Source of the DNA: a virus
Reading direction: 5' to 3' (one strand)
Length of the DNA: 64,000 nucleotides
Virus record (IMG/VR): IMGVR_UViG_3300045988_133024
Coordinates: 1 to 64,000 of that record
A program made the translations under genes and the position numbers. Below the pieces are notes generated by a model. It searched no databases, was not told the DNA's origin, and was given only the letters and a program-made list of their open reading frames with translations. Positions within the stretch are counted from its first letter, which is position 1, and the number at the start of each line of letters is the position of its first letter. This document shows positions 34,102 through 44,703 of the stretch, piece after piece.

Positions 34102-35340
34102 ATGAATTTTGAAATGACAGGAAAGCTCGGCATTAGCAATGACACAGAAAAATTTCACCCTTACAGCGAGACAAAATATGAAAAGTCAGGCTGGGTACGA
34201 AGAAGACTGTTATTCAATGTGACGTGCGGTGACAGTAGACATATGTTAACTGTTGATGCAGGAAGTTTCGAAGATGGGCACGGTGATGTCTATACATATT
34301 CCAAACCAGAATACGACTCAAGTGGTAAAAAAATCAAAGATGGAGAAAAAATTCAGATTCCTTTTAAAGACAGATTAACATCTCCAAAGCTGGCAGAAGT
34401 ATCAGATTTCAGAAAATTTGTTTTTGACCTAGAGAAACCAGGAAGAAGATACAAATTAAAAAACGCCTTAGAAAAAATCAAAGGAGGTAAAGATGTTACA
34501 GATAAAGATCTTGCTGAAGTCGGACTAACATCTGTAGATGAACTTGAAAAAGAATATGAAAAAAGTAAGAAGAGACATCATGAATTTATTTCTGAATGGG
34601 ATTACGCAGAATTTATCAAAAAAGTCATTGATAATGGCAAATATGACAACTGCAACTTCCATATCAGAGGACGTGGAGATTATTCATATTCTGATGACAA
34701 AGAAAGATTTTATGAGAATCTGATTCCTAACAGAATTTATCTCGCAGCAGATGATGATGAACCATATTCTACAGCAACAATGAGTTTTGTATTTGGAGCT
34801 GAGAGCTTAGACGAAACAAGTGTCGAGGAAGACGGTAAATATTACGTTAATGGATTTGTCTTTGAATACATCCAGAGCAGAAAGAAAAAGTTAGCCGTTC
34901 CAACAACAATTGTTATTCCAGTTCCTGATAAAGAAAAAGACGAAAGCGGATACAAGAAAGCCAATGGATTAAAGAGAAAATTCATTGTTGAAGATGAAGA
35001 TAAATACATGGAATACGGTATTCTCGTAGACATGATTAATGGTTCTCAGCGTGTAGAACTTACAGAGGACATGCTCTCAGAAGAACAGAGAGACGACCTT
35101 GAATGTGGAATCATTACTATGGAGGAGATTCAAAAGGCGATTGGCGGAAGTGCTTATGGAGATAAGGTCAAAGAGTATCAGCTAATTAAACCATCACGCA
35201 ACGGTATCAAAGAAGGCGTTCAGGACACTGTTTATACAGCAGAAGATATGGAAGTGCCTGCATTAGAGATTGATGAAAACGAAGATTTATTTTCAGAAGA
35301 ATCAGTCGATAATGATGACGATGATGATTTATTCGATTAG
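34102..35340 (+). CDS. SSB-like protein (OB-fold-like N-terminus, acidic C-terminal tail ending DDDDDLFD)
   Basis: 'MTGKLGISNDTEKF...VRRRLLFNV' resembles an SSB OB-fold. The C-terminal acidic 'DDDLF' tail is an SSB hallmark. At 412 aa it is atypically long. Confidence 0.4.
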   Translation: MNFEMTGKLGISNDTEKFHPYSETKYEKSGWVRRRLLFNVTCGDSRHMLTVDAGSFEDGHGDVYTYSKPEYDSSGKKIKDGEKIQIPFKDRLTSPKLAEVSDFRKFVFDLEKPGRRYKLKNALEKIKGGKDVTDKDLAEVGLTSVDELEKEYEKSKKRHHEFISEWDYAEFIKKVIDNGKYDNCNFHIRGRGDYSYSDDKERFYENLIPNRIYLAADDDEPYSTATMSFVFGAESLDETSVEEDGKYYVNGFVFEYIQSRKKKLAVPTTIVIPVPDKEKDESGYKKANGLKRKFIVEDEDKYMEYGILVDMINGSQRVELTEDMLSEEQRDDLECGIITMEEIQKAIGGSAYGDKVKEYQLIKPSRNGIKEGVQDTVYTAEDMEVPALEIDENEDLFSEESVDNDDDDDLFD

Positions 35341-35418
35341 AGTTTAGAGCTTTTAGCCCTTTACTCGCTTGATGATTTATGAAACAAAACACTGTCTTTA
35401 AAAGGAGAAATTATACAT

Positions 35419-36618
35419 ATGGAATTACCAGTAATTAACGAAATTAAACCAGATATTAAAAACCTGTCAATCTATCTTAGATCCATTAAAAAGTTCGGAA
35501 AAACTACATTGTTCAGAGATGTAATTATTGCAAAATATGGAGATCCGTCATATGGACTTCTCGTACAGTGCGGATTCGAAAAAGGAACAAGGATGTTAGA
35601 TAATATTAATACTCTGCGTATTACTTCATATGAAGATGCGGTAGAGTTAAAAGAATATTTAATTAACAAAAGAGTATTCAAAAGAGATAAGTCTGGCAAA
35701 ATTGTTCGCAATGAAAAGAGAAAACCAGAATATGTTCCAGTAAAACACAATATTCAGATGGTTTGTTTTGATACCGTTGATGAAATTTGTCCATTATTTG
35801 AAGAAGAGACAATCAGAATCAGCAATAAAGAAGGACAGAAAAAGTGCAAAACTATCAACGCTGCTATGGGTGGCTATCAGGCAGGACAGAGATATACAGC
35901 AGATATGATCAAAGCTTACATGAGCGATATTGAAGATGCTGGTATCGGTGTTTGGGGAATTGCCCATACAAAATTCAAAACTATCAGAGAAAAAGGTGGC
36001 TTAGAAGAAGACGGATACCAGCAGTTAACATCCAATCTTGTAAGTGCTTATGAATCTGCTTTTGGTGATATCTTTGATGTAACTTTCACTGGTGTCATTG
36101 ACAGAAATGTTGAAGTTAGAGGCGAAGGAGATAAGGCTAAAAGATATGCTACAGATGAAATTAGAAAACTTTATTTCCGTGGAACAACATTAATTGATGC
36201 TGGTGGTAGGTTTGCTTCTGATGCAGTTCCTGAATATATGGTATTTGACAAAGGAAACATGGGAGAAGATTTCATTGAAGTAGTAGAAGATGGAATGGAG
36301 AAATCTAAAACAGTTCTTTCTAAAAGAATTAAAAAGCCAACTCCTCAGCCAGAGCCAGAAGATGAGATCGAGGAAGACATCGATGATGTTATTGAAGACG
36401 ATATCGTAGAAGTTGACGAAAATTTAATGGAAGATGTCATTGATGAAGACGTATCAGATGACTATCCAGAAGATTTAAGAGAATGTGTAAAAGAATTATG
36501 CAAAACTTGTGAAGACTCAGAATTAAAAACAAAAGTTAAAGGCATCATTAAGCAGTATGGAAAACTTAGCGAAGTTGATGATGATGGATTAAAAGAAATG
36601 TATGATCTGCTGAAATAG
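35419..36618 (+). CDS. hypothetical protein with highly acidic C-terminal region
   Basis: 399-aa ORF. RBS 'aaaggagaa'. Confidence 0.5.
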   Translation: MELPVINEIKPDIKNLSIYLRSIKKFGKTTLFRDVIIAKYGDPSYGLLVQCGFEKGTRMLDNINTLRITSYEDAVELKEYLINKRVFKRDKSGKIVRNEKRKPEYVPVKHNIQMVCFDTVDEICPLFEEETIRISNKEGQKKCKTINAAMGGYQAGQRYTADMIKAYMSDIEDAGIGVWGIAHTKFKTIREKGGLEEDGYQQLTSNLVSAYESAFGDIFDVTFTGVIDRNVEVRGEGDKAKRYATDEIRKLYFRGTTLIDAGGRFASDAVPEYMVFDKGNMGEDFIEVVEDGMEKSKTVLSKRIKKPTPQPEPEDEIEEDIDDVIEDDIVEVDENLMEDVIDEDVSDDYPEDLRECVKELCKTCEDSELKTKVKGIIKQYGKLSEVDDDGLKEMYDLLK

Positions 36619-36629
36619 GAGTCTGAACA

Positions 36630-37166
36630 ATGCTTGTAAAATGTAGAATTTGCGGCAAAAAAGTAGATAGAAATGAAGCTTTTAAAGTAGCAGTAGAAGG
36701 TAAACCAAATGCCTACTACTGCTCAGAAGCTGAGTATAACAAAATGATGGAAAACCGCAAAAATAGGAATGATACATATTATTGTATTTATGATATTTTC
36801 GGATATACGGTGACGAATACTGTATTAAATAAGGAAGTAAATGCCCTCGGCAAGATCTACGGATTTAAATTGATATTAGAATACTTGCATGACAATCAAG
36901 AATATTTAACAAGAATTGTTGGGAGAGAATATAATAGCGAGTTTGCTAAGATTAAATACTTTTCAGCAATTTTAAAAAATAGTCTGGTTGATTATAGGGA
37001 TTCTGACGAAAAGATTCCGCAGAGAAAACAAGCTACAGTTAAGCACCATGATGTAAGCAAACAGATCAATGAAAATATCGGAGCCGAAAAAACTAAATAC
37101 AAAAAGAAAAAGAAATCTCGTAGATGTATTGACGATATTTTGACGGAAGTTGGTGAGAAAGAATAG
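36630..37166 (+). CDS. zinc-ribbon-containing hypothetical protein
   Basis: N-terminal 'CRICGKKVD...YYCSEAEY'. Confidence 0.5.
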   Translation: MLVKCRICGKKVDRNEAFKVAVEGKPNAYYCSEAEYNKMMENRKNRNDTYYCIYDIFGYTVTNTVLNKEVNALGKIYGFKLILEYLHDNQEYLTRIVGREYNSEFAKIKYFSAILKNSLVDYRDSDEKIPQRKQATVKHHDVSKQINENIGAEKTKYKKKKKSRRCIDDILTEVGEKE

Positions 37167-37222
37167 CAGATTTTGTTGCAGGAGTTAAAGACAAATATCC
37201 GTCAAAATTATTAAAAGGTCGC

Positions 37223-38713
37223 ATGGAGGCAGAGGGAAATGTAATTAGTTGTTTTTTTAAAGACATGTTGCTTTTGGATGATACCACATTCGAACAGCAC
37301 GATTTCATTACAAAAGATGGGCTTTTTTACTTTTCTATGCTCAAAAAATTACGTGAACAGGGCTTCTATTCTCTGGATGAAATCACGATTTTATCCAACC
37401 TGTCTGAGAACGCTATAAAAAGATACACTGACATGGGAGGATGGGATTCTATTCAACATCAGATAGATATTATCAACACACAGAATTTTGATGTGTATAT
37501 CGACATTCTGTATAGAGAAAACACTATGCTGAAGATGTATGATGATGGATTTAACCTGTTTAAAGAGATAGACATTGACGGCAAGAAAATCGTACCAGTA
37601 ACACTTTTCAGAAGAATGACTGCCGAGGAAGTTACGGATTGGTATGATGCAAGACTAAGTACATATGGTACGGGATATTCCAGTAAGATTCTGGAAGAAG
37701 AAGAAATTGATTTTGATGATGATTTTATTGATTCCTGCGTGGAAGGTGAAGAAAATGGAGTTCCATTTGATGTGGCAGGGATTGATATTAATGGCGAAGA
37801 AATGAACTGCTTTCCGTTCTTATCCAGACAGATCATGGGTATTCTTGAGGGAACGCTCACTATGATGGGTGGATTCAGTAGTGCAGGTAAATCAACATGG
37901 TTTATCACTTTGCTTATGGCATTGCTGAATTATGATAGGAAAGTATTGATCATTTCAAACGAAGAAAAAGTAAAGAAATTTAAAGTCAAGTTTATGATTT
38001 GGCTTTTGGCGAAGCATAATCGTTATTTTAAGTTGACAAAAAAGAAAATGATGTCTGGACAGATTGACGATGCAAGCCGAAGAGAACTAAAAGACGTGCA
38101 ACAGTTATGGCGAGAACAGTATAAGGGTAGAGTGAAATTCTTACTTATCAATGATGCTGACATGACTGTTGTTAAAAAGAAAATCAGAGAGCATGTACTT
38201 CGCTATGGATATGACACAGTGTTGTATGACACTTTTAAGATTCAAGAAGGAGATTTTAAAGGCAATCGTACTGACTTATCTTTGGTTCATGACAGTCGAG
38301 AGTTAGATAAACTTGCAAAAAAATACAACATTATCATGCTGGCATCTGTACAGTTAGCAGAGTATATGAGAGGAAGACTATTTCTTGATAGTTCCGTTCT
38401 TTCAAACTCTAAGCAGATCAAAGAAGTATTAGAAAATCTTTTCTTGATGAGAACCGTGTATGATGAAGAGCTTGACGAAAAGAGCAAATTTTATTGCCGT
38501 CCATTTAGGCTAAAAAAAGTCAATGACAAATGGATTGAGGAGGAATATCATCCTGACCGCACTGCGGTATGGAGAGCTTTATTTGTTGAGAAATGTCGAA
38601 GCGGTTCAAACTCATCAGATACAGGAGTTGGTTATCTACTTAAATTCGATGGTGATCATTGTATCTTTAGAGAGGTTGCGCAGGCAAGATTTAAACATGG
38701 AGAGATCAAATAA
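37223..38713 (+). CDS. DnaB-family replicative helicase-like protein
   Basis: Walker A 'GGFSSAGKST'. DnaB-like 'IIMLASVQLAEYMRGR' motif. Confidence 0.55.
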   Translation: MEAEGNVISCFFKDMLLLDDTTFEQHDFITKDGLFYFSMLKKLREQGFYSLDEITILSNLSENAIKRYTDMGGWDSIQHQIDIINTQNFDVYIDILYRENTMLKMYDDGFNLFKEIDIDGKKIVPVTLFRRMTAEEVTDWYDARLSTYGTGYSSKILEEEEIDFDDDFIDSCVEGEENGVPFDVAGIDINGEEMNCFPFLSRQIMGILEGTLTMMGGFSSAGKSTWFITLLMALLNYDRKVLIISNEEKVKKFKVKFMIWLLAKHNRYFKLTKKKMMSGQIDDASRRELKDVQQLWREQYKGRVKFLLINDADMTVVKKKIREHVLRYGYDTVLYDTFKIQEGDFKGNRTDLSLVHDSRELDKLAKKYNIIMLASVQLAEYMRGRLFLDSSVLSNSKQIKEVLENLFLMRTVYDEELDEKSKFYCRPFRLKKVNDKWIEEEYHPDRTAVWRALFVEKCRSGSNSSDTGVGYLLKFDGDHCIFREVAQARFKHGEIK

Positions 38714-38734
38714 TTAAAATGTGCGGTGTGATAT

Positions 38735-39763
38735 ATGTTAGACAATATAAAAAAAGAACTATTGTCTAATCCTGAAAAAATAAGAGAAGTCTTGGAGCAT
38801 TTTGATTATTGTCATGTAGTGATCAGAAACACGTATATGTCATTTGGTCGAGATGAGGTCTCTTCAAAGAAGTCCATAGTAATCAATCTGAAAAATAACA
38901 AAGCGTTGTTTGTGCATGATTATGCTAGAGCAATCCAAAAAGATTTGTTCTCATATATTATGCAGCAACGTGGAGTTGATTTTGCAGAGGTTTTAGGAGT
39001 TGTTAAAAACATCTTAGGGATTACTGATTACTATGATTTCTTTGATAGACAAGGTATTTTTGGCGGATTTTATGAAAGGATTAGAAATCACAATGTAGTT
39101 CGAATCCAAACTTATGATGAATCTATATTAGATAAATACAATAATGTAGGGAATTTAAGATTCCTTAAAGATAATATATCACTTGAAGCACAAAGAACTT
39201 TTGGCATTCGGTTTGATACATCATCTCAAGGGATCGCAATTCCGATTAGAAATCAATTAGGACAACTAATTGGCGTAAAAGAAAGATTTAACTATGACGT
39301 TGAAGATGGTGAAATGAAATATTTCTACGATGTTCCGTGTCAAATGTCTCAAACATTATATGGATATTCTCAGAATTATCAGTATTTAGCCAACGGTGTT
39401 GTGTTGATATTTGAGGCAGAGAAATCTGTAATGCAGTGTTTTACATATGGAATTAGAAACTGTGTGGCACTTGGCAGTGGAACAATCAGCAAGAAACAGG
39501 TGCAATTATTATTGGAATTAAATCCTAAAAGAGTAATATTTATGCATGACGTTGGCTATGATATTAAGAATATCATGAGAAATATTGACATGGTAAAAGG
39601 ATATTCAAGATTTGCTGAGATTGAGTTAGGATACTGGGACTTTAAATTAAGTGAGTATTCCAATAAGGTATCACCGTCCGATATGGGAAAAGAAAAGTTA
39701 AATTACATATTAGAAAACGAAATAAAAATGATAGGGGATGAAGACGTCGAAGAAGAAATATAA
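38735..39763 (+). CDS. putative DNA primase (TOPRIM-like)
   Basis: 'VVLIFEAEKSVMQ' carries the TOPRIM Glu. 'VIFMHDVGYD' is an acidic cluster. Positioned between the helicase and the nuclease genes. Confidence 0.4.
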   Translation: MLDNIKKELLSNPEKIREVLEHFDYCHVVIRNTYMSFGRDEVSSKKSIVINLKNNKALFVHDYARAIQKDLFSYIMQQRGVDFAEVLGVVKNILGITDYYDFFDRQGIFGGFYERIRNHNVVRIQTYDESILDKYNNVGNLRFLKDNISLEAQRTFGIRFDTSSQGIAIPIRNQLGQLIGVKERFNYDVEDGEMKYFYDVPCQMSQTLYGYSQNYQYLANGVVLIFEAEKSVMQCFTYGIRNCVALGSGTISKKQVQLLLELNPKRVIFMHDVGYDIKNIMRNIDMVKGYSRFAEIELGYWDFKLSEYSNKVSPSDMGKEKLNYILENEIKMIGDEDVEEEI

Positions 39764-41357
39764 CATTTTGAACGATTGCAGAGGACTTTTTGAAGATGAG
39801 GTATTTGAAATTATCATGCAGGAGCGTGGTATTGACGATCCAGAGCATTTTCTAAATCCTACGGAAGATGATTTACTTCCTCTTGATGACTTAAAAAATA
39901 TTGATAAAGCATATAAGCTTCTGGTAAATGCAGTATACAAAGATAAACGTATTGCAGTACATTTTGACACAGATACTGACGGAGTTGCAGCGGGAACTAT
40001 TATGACACGACATTTAAAAAACATGACAGAAAATCCAGTAGATGTATACATTAACCGAGGCAAACAGCATGGATTAGCAAATCAGGACATTGCTAAGTTT
40101 TATGGGTATGATTTACTGATTGTCGTTGATAGTTTGGATAAAGACGAGACTCAGTATAAGGATTTAAAAGAAACAGGAGTTGATGTGATTGTGTTAGATC
40201 ACCATTCCATCGATCCAGATGTTCCTTATGATAACTATTGCACATTAGTTTCTTCTCAGAGAGAATATGAAAATCCGCAGCTATCTGGCGCAGGTGTTGT
40301 TTGGAAGTTTTGCAAGTATATTGATAAGCAGAATGGTACAGATTATGCAGATGATTTGGTCGATCTAGCAGGCGTTGGGCTGATTGCAGATATGATGGAT
40401 ATGAGAGTAATGGAGAATCGTTACATTGTATCCGAAGCTTTGAAAGAAATTAGAAATCCTGCGATTAAGAAGATTATTGGTGGATTTGAATTCAACAGCA
40501 CAGCAGTTGCTTTTAGTATTGCACCGTTGGTTAATGCTGCAAACAGAATGGATCAGAATGAAATTGCTCTAAATGCTTTCCTTGAAGATGACAATAAAAA
40601 GTTACGAGGATATATTAAACAATTAAAGCAATGCAAAGAAGACCAAAATGAAGAGGTCGCACAGCTGATGCCAATGATTGCGGAACAGTGTGAAGCTCAG
40701 AGTGATAAAAAGATGATCACAACTTTTATCGACACTGATTATGGTATTTCTGGGTTAATTGGAAACAAATTGCTTGAAAAATACCAGAAGCCGATTCTTG
40801 TGCTAAAGAAAAATGAAGATACATATGCAGGATCTATGCGAGCAGTTGGTGTAAAAGACTTCCGACAGATGTGTAATAACAGTCAGTTGGCTGAAGCAAA
40901 TGGACATGAACTTGCCAGTGGTATTGAAATTCCTAGAAAGAACTTTGCTGAGTTCACCTCTTATATAGAAGAAACTCTTCCAGATAAGCCAGAAGATACA
41001 ACAGTTGATGTCGATATTATGCTTGATATTTCAGACATCACAAGAAAAATGGTTGACATGATTAAGAAAATTGATCGTATTTCTGGACAAGGATTTAAAC
41101 CTGTAAGAGTTTATATTGAAGAGATTGACGACTATGACATTGGTCAGATGAGCAATTATAAACATCTTGTCCTGAAACCATGTAACAATGATAAATTGTG
41201 GATCATTAAATGGAACTATGATGGATCGTTTGAGGATATGGAAGACCATTCTATGATGAATGATGAGTTTTGTGCAGTTACTACACTTGATTACGGATTC
41301 TTTGGAAGAAAGTTTGTGCTGAAAGCTGTGTGTGATTCACTTGAAGAGGTGGGATGA
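39738..41357 (+). CDS. RecJ-like DHH/DHHA1 nuclease
   Basis: DHH motif I 'HFDTDTDGVAAG'. 'VIVLDHHS'. DHHA1-like 'NGHELASG'. Confidence 0.55.
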   Translation: MKTSKKKYNILNDCRGLFEDEVFEIIMQERGIDDPEHFLNPTEDDLLPLDDLKNIDKAYKLLVNAVYKDKRIAVHFDTDTDGVAAGTIMTRHLKNMTENPVDVYINRGKQHGLANQDIAKFYGYDLLIVVDSLDKDETQYKDLKETGVDVIVLDHHSIDPDVPYDNYCTLVSSQREYENPQLSGAGVVWKFCKYIDKQNGTDYADDLVDLAGVGLIADMMDMRVMENRYIVSEALKEIRNPAIKKIIGGFEFNSTAVAFSIAPLVNAANRMDQNEIALNAFLEDDNKKLRGYIKQLKQCKEDQNEEVAQLMPMIAEQCEAQSDKKMITTFIDTDYGISGLIGNKLLEKYQKPILVLKKNEDTYAGSMRAVGVKDFRQMCNNSQLAEANGHELASGIEIPRKNFAEFTSYIEETLPDKPEDTTVDVDIMLDISDITRKMVDMIKKIDRISGQGFKPVRVYIEEIDDYDIGQMSNYKHLVLKPCNNDKLWIIKWNYDGSFEDMEDHSMMNDEFCAVTTLDYGFFGRKFVLKAVCDSLEEVG

Positions 41358-44300
41358 TTATGTATGAAGATTTAATTGCAAAAATTATTCCAACATTAAA
41401 ATTTAAATTTCCATATTCTGTTGAAGATTATGGAAGAAATCTATATCTTGAAAACTACCATTGTCATAAAGATTTTAGTAATACATCAACTCCAGATTGT
41501 GCAGAATCAATTGAAAATTATGCAAAACGTATTCATGAATTTGGTGCAAAATGTCTTTATTCAGGGGAGCATGGGTCACAAGGAAACCAGTTTGAAGTAT
41601 ATAAAGTGGCTGAAAAGGAGCATTTGAAATATATTCATTCTGCTGAAGCCTACTGGGTGAAAGATAGAAAAGAAAAAGACAAAGCAAACTGTCATATGAT
41701 GATACTTGCGAAAAATGCTGAAGGGAGAGAAGATATTAACTTCGCCCTTTCTATGGCAAATATTGATGGATATTATTACAAACCAAGAATTGACTTAGAA
41801 TTACTTTTTAATATTCCAAAAGAGAATGTAATTGTTACATCAGCTTGCTTATCTGGTTGGCATTATAAAGATGCAGAGGACATTTGGTTAAAAATACATG
41901 ACTATTTTGGCGATAATTTCTTTTTAGAAGTGCAGGCTCATAATACTGATCCACAAAAAAGACTTAACAGAAAAATCTTAAAACTTGCAAAAGAACACAA
42001 TATTCAGATTATTTGTGGGCTTGATAGTCATTACATTGATGATAGGACAGCAGTAAAAAGGGATCAGATTTTAAAGTACAAGCATATTGAATATCCAGAA
42101 GAATTTGGATGGTATATGGATTATCCAGACACAACAACGGTTATAGAGCGATTTCAAGAGCAAGGAGTTCTTTCTGATGAAGAAGTCTTAACTGCTATTA
42201 TGAACACAAATGTGTTCGTGTCAGAATGCGAAGAAATTGTTTTTGACAGAAAATTTAAAATTCCAAGCGTTCATAAAGATAAAACATATGAAGGTAAATG
42301 TGCTATTTATAAGAAAATATTAAACAAAGCCTATGCTAAAGAAAAAGAAAAATCAAAAGAAAAGGCAGATGGAATTAGGTATGAAGCAAAACAAGTCATG
42401 GATTCAGGAGTTGTAGATTACTTTTTAACAAGTAAAGCAATTGTAGATGATGCAGTAAATTGCGAAGGTGGAATATTAACTACTACGTCAAGAGGTAGCG
42501 CTGCATCATTCATTACAAATAAGTTGCTAGGATTAACAACGGTAGATAGATTCAATGCAGATATTCCTATTTATCCAGAACGCTTTTTAACAAAAGACCG
42601 TGTTTTAGCAGGTCAGATGCCAGATATTGACCTAAATGTAGCTACTCAGGAACCATTTGTGAAAGCTGCAAAAAAACTTCTTGGAGAGCATGGATGTTAT
42701 CCGTTAATGGCTATAGAAAAGTTAAAAGAGAAAGCAGCATGGCAATTATATGCTGGAGCTAACGATGTTAGTCCAGAAGATGCAAACAGAATTTCAAAAT
42801 ATCTTGATGACTATAATAAAGCATTAAAATATGCTGATGAAGAAGATAAAGATTTTATTCATGTTGAAGATTATATTCCAGAAGAATACGTTGATTTATT
42901 TAAACAAAGCAACGAATATCAAGGAATTACTATCAATCTAAAAGTACATGCTTGTGGGCATTTTATATTCGACGGAGATATTCGTAGAGAAGTAGGATTA
43001 ATTAGTGCTGTTTCAGAAACGACTGGGAAAAGAACGATTTGTGCCGCCATTGAAGGTGGTTATCTCGATGAATTTGGATATGTAAAAGAAGATTTTCTTA
43101 TTGTAGATAGTGTTTATCTTACATATAAATTTTTTCATAGTATAGAAATGGAGGTTCCTACATCTGAAGAATTGAGAGAGATGATAGAAGGAGATCATAA
43201 AACATGGGATATTTATGCAAAAGGAATTACTTGTTGTGTTAACCAATGTGAAAAAGAAGCGACAACAAACAGAGCAAAGAAATATAAGCCACAAAATTTA
43301 GCAGAATTAAGTAGTTTCATTGCTGCAATCAGACCAGGATTTGCATCTTTATTAAATACTTTCTTAAATCGTGAACCATATTCAACAGGAGAAAAGAAAA
43401 TTGATGAGTTGTTGCAAGATACAGCACATTTTATGATTTATCAAGAGTCAATTATGAAGGTATTATCTTTCCTGCAATTGAAGATGGGCGAAACGTATGG
43501 AGTTATTAAAAATATCTCGAAAAAAAAATATAAAGCCCATCCTGAAAAGTTAAAAGAACTGAAAGAAAGATTAAAAGATGGTTGGCAAATCGAAATTGGA
43601 GAACTTAATAATTTCAATAATATATGGGAAGTTATAGACTCATCAGCTTCGTACGCCTTCAACTCTCCGCATGCGTGGTCGATGGCTGAGGATTCTGCCT
43701 ATCAGGCATGGTTTAAAGCTCATTATACGAAAATGTTCTATGAAGTAGCAATTAATCATTATCAAGAAAAAAATAAGAAAGATAAAATTGATGCCCTAGT
43801 AAAAGAAGCCATTAAATTTTGGGGATATAAATTGGGAGATTATCGGTTTGGAGCAGACAATAGAAAAGTCACGATTGATGAAGAACATAAAATTATATAT
43901 CCCAATTTATCAAGTATCAAAGGATTTGGAGAAGGTGTCGCCAATTCACTATATGATTTAGGACAGGCTAAATACAACTCATTCATAGAAGTGATCAATG
44001 CATTAAAGCAGAATCATCTCAATAAAACAGTGATAGACAAATTAATTAAAATTAATTATTTTGTAGAGTTTGGGGATGCGAATACCTTATTAGAAACAGT
44101 TAAATATTATGAACTACTAAATGGCAAAAAACAATTATCTAAAGAAAAGGCAATAAAATATCAAATTTCTTCTGATTTACTTTTGAAGTATGGTCATGAG
44201 ACAAAAACACTTTATAATCAATTAGATTCAGAACAATTACTTATTGAATCTATAAAAAATATTCCATACAGAGAATTGTCTTTGAAAGAAAAATTAGACA

Positions 44301-44653
44301 ATCAGAGAAATGTTCTCGGAATTGTAAGCTATGCTAACGTAAAAGTTAATAAAAGATTATATTATGTTTCAGATCTTGATGTTAAAAAATCCATCGTTAA
44401 CATTCAGTTATATGAAATTTACTCTGGAAAAACACAGAAAGTAAAAATGTGGACAACCCAATATAAGAAGAACCCATTCGATGAAGGAGATATTCTATAT
44501 CTGAAATCAGTTGAGAAGAAACATAAAAAAGAACCAACTGGGGAGATCAATACAAAAACAGGAAAGAAAATCTACAAAGATGTACCAGATAAATTTGAGT
44601 TTTGGCTTAAGAATTTCGCTATTAAAAATGACGCAGAGGAGGAATTAGTATAA
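41354..44653 (+). CDS. DNA polymerase III alpha subunit (DnaE/PolC family) with N-terminal PHP domain
   Basis: PHP motif 'ENYHCHKDFSNTS'. 1099-aa polymerase-sized ORF in the replication operon. Confidence 0.7.
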   Translation: MIMYEDLIAKIIPTLKFKFPYSVEDYGRNLYLENYHCHKDFSNTSTPDCAESIENYAKRIHEFGAKCLYSGEHGSQGNQFEVYKVAEKEHLKYIHSAEAYWVKDRKEKDKANCHMMILAKNAEGREDINFALSMANIDGYYYKPRIDLELLFNIPKENVIVTSACLSGWHYKDAEDIWLKIHDYFGDNFFLEVQAHNTDPQKRLNRKILKLAKEHNIQIICGLDSHYIDDRTAVKRDQILKYKHIEYPEEFGWYMDYPDTTTVIERFQEQGVLSDEEVLTAIMNTNVFVSECEEIVFDRKFKIPSVHKDKTYEGKCAIYKKILNKAYAKEKEKSKEKADGIRYEAKQVMDSGVVDYFLTSKAIVDDAVNCEGGILTTTSRGSAASFITNKLLGLTTVDRFNADIPIYPERFLTKDRVLAGQMPDIDLNVATQEPFVKAAKKLLGEHGCYPLMAIEKLKEKAAWQLYAGANDVSPEDANRISKYLDDYNKALKYADEEDKDFIHVEDYIPEEYVDLFKQSNEYQGITINLKVHACGHFIFDGDIRREVGLISAVSETTGKRTICAAIEGGYLDEFGYVKEDFLIVDSVYLTYKFFHSIEMEVPTSEELREMIEGDHKTWDIYAKGITCCVNQCEKEATTNRAKKYKPQNLAELSSFIAAIRPGFASLLNTFLNREPYSTGEKKIDELLQDTAHFMIYQESIMKVLSFLQLKMGETYGVIKNISKKKYKAHPEKLKELKERLKDGWQIEIGELNNFNNIWEVIDSSASYAFNSPHAWSMAEDSAYQAWFKAHYTKMFYEVAINHYQEKNKKDKIDALVKEAIKFWGYKLGDYRFGADNRKVTIDEEHKIIYPNLSSIKGFGEGVANSLYDLGQAKYNSFIEVINALKQNHLNKTVIDKLIKINYFVEFGDANTLLETVKYYELLNGKKQLSKEKAIKYQISSDLLLKYGHETKTLYNQLDSEQLLIESIKNIPYRELSLKEKLDNQRNVLGIVSYANVKVNKRLYYVSDLDVKKSIVNIQLYEIYSGKTQKVKMWTTQYKKNPFDEGDILYLKSVEKKHKKEPTGEINTKTGKKIYKDVPDKFEFWLKNFAIKNDAEEELV

Positions 44654-44703
44654 TTCAATTTTACAAATATACCGACAAGGAAATCAAAGAACTCATCAGC
44701 TCG

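Noticed and set aside
35419-36618. P-loop ATPase call (Sak4/RecA-like) for the 399-aa acidic protein
   Set aside because: 'SIKKFGKTT' lacks the first Gly/Ala of a Walker A motif, and no Walker B was found. The protein is left as hypothetical.
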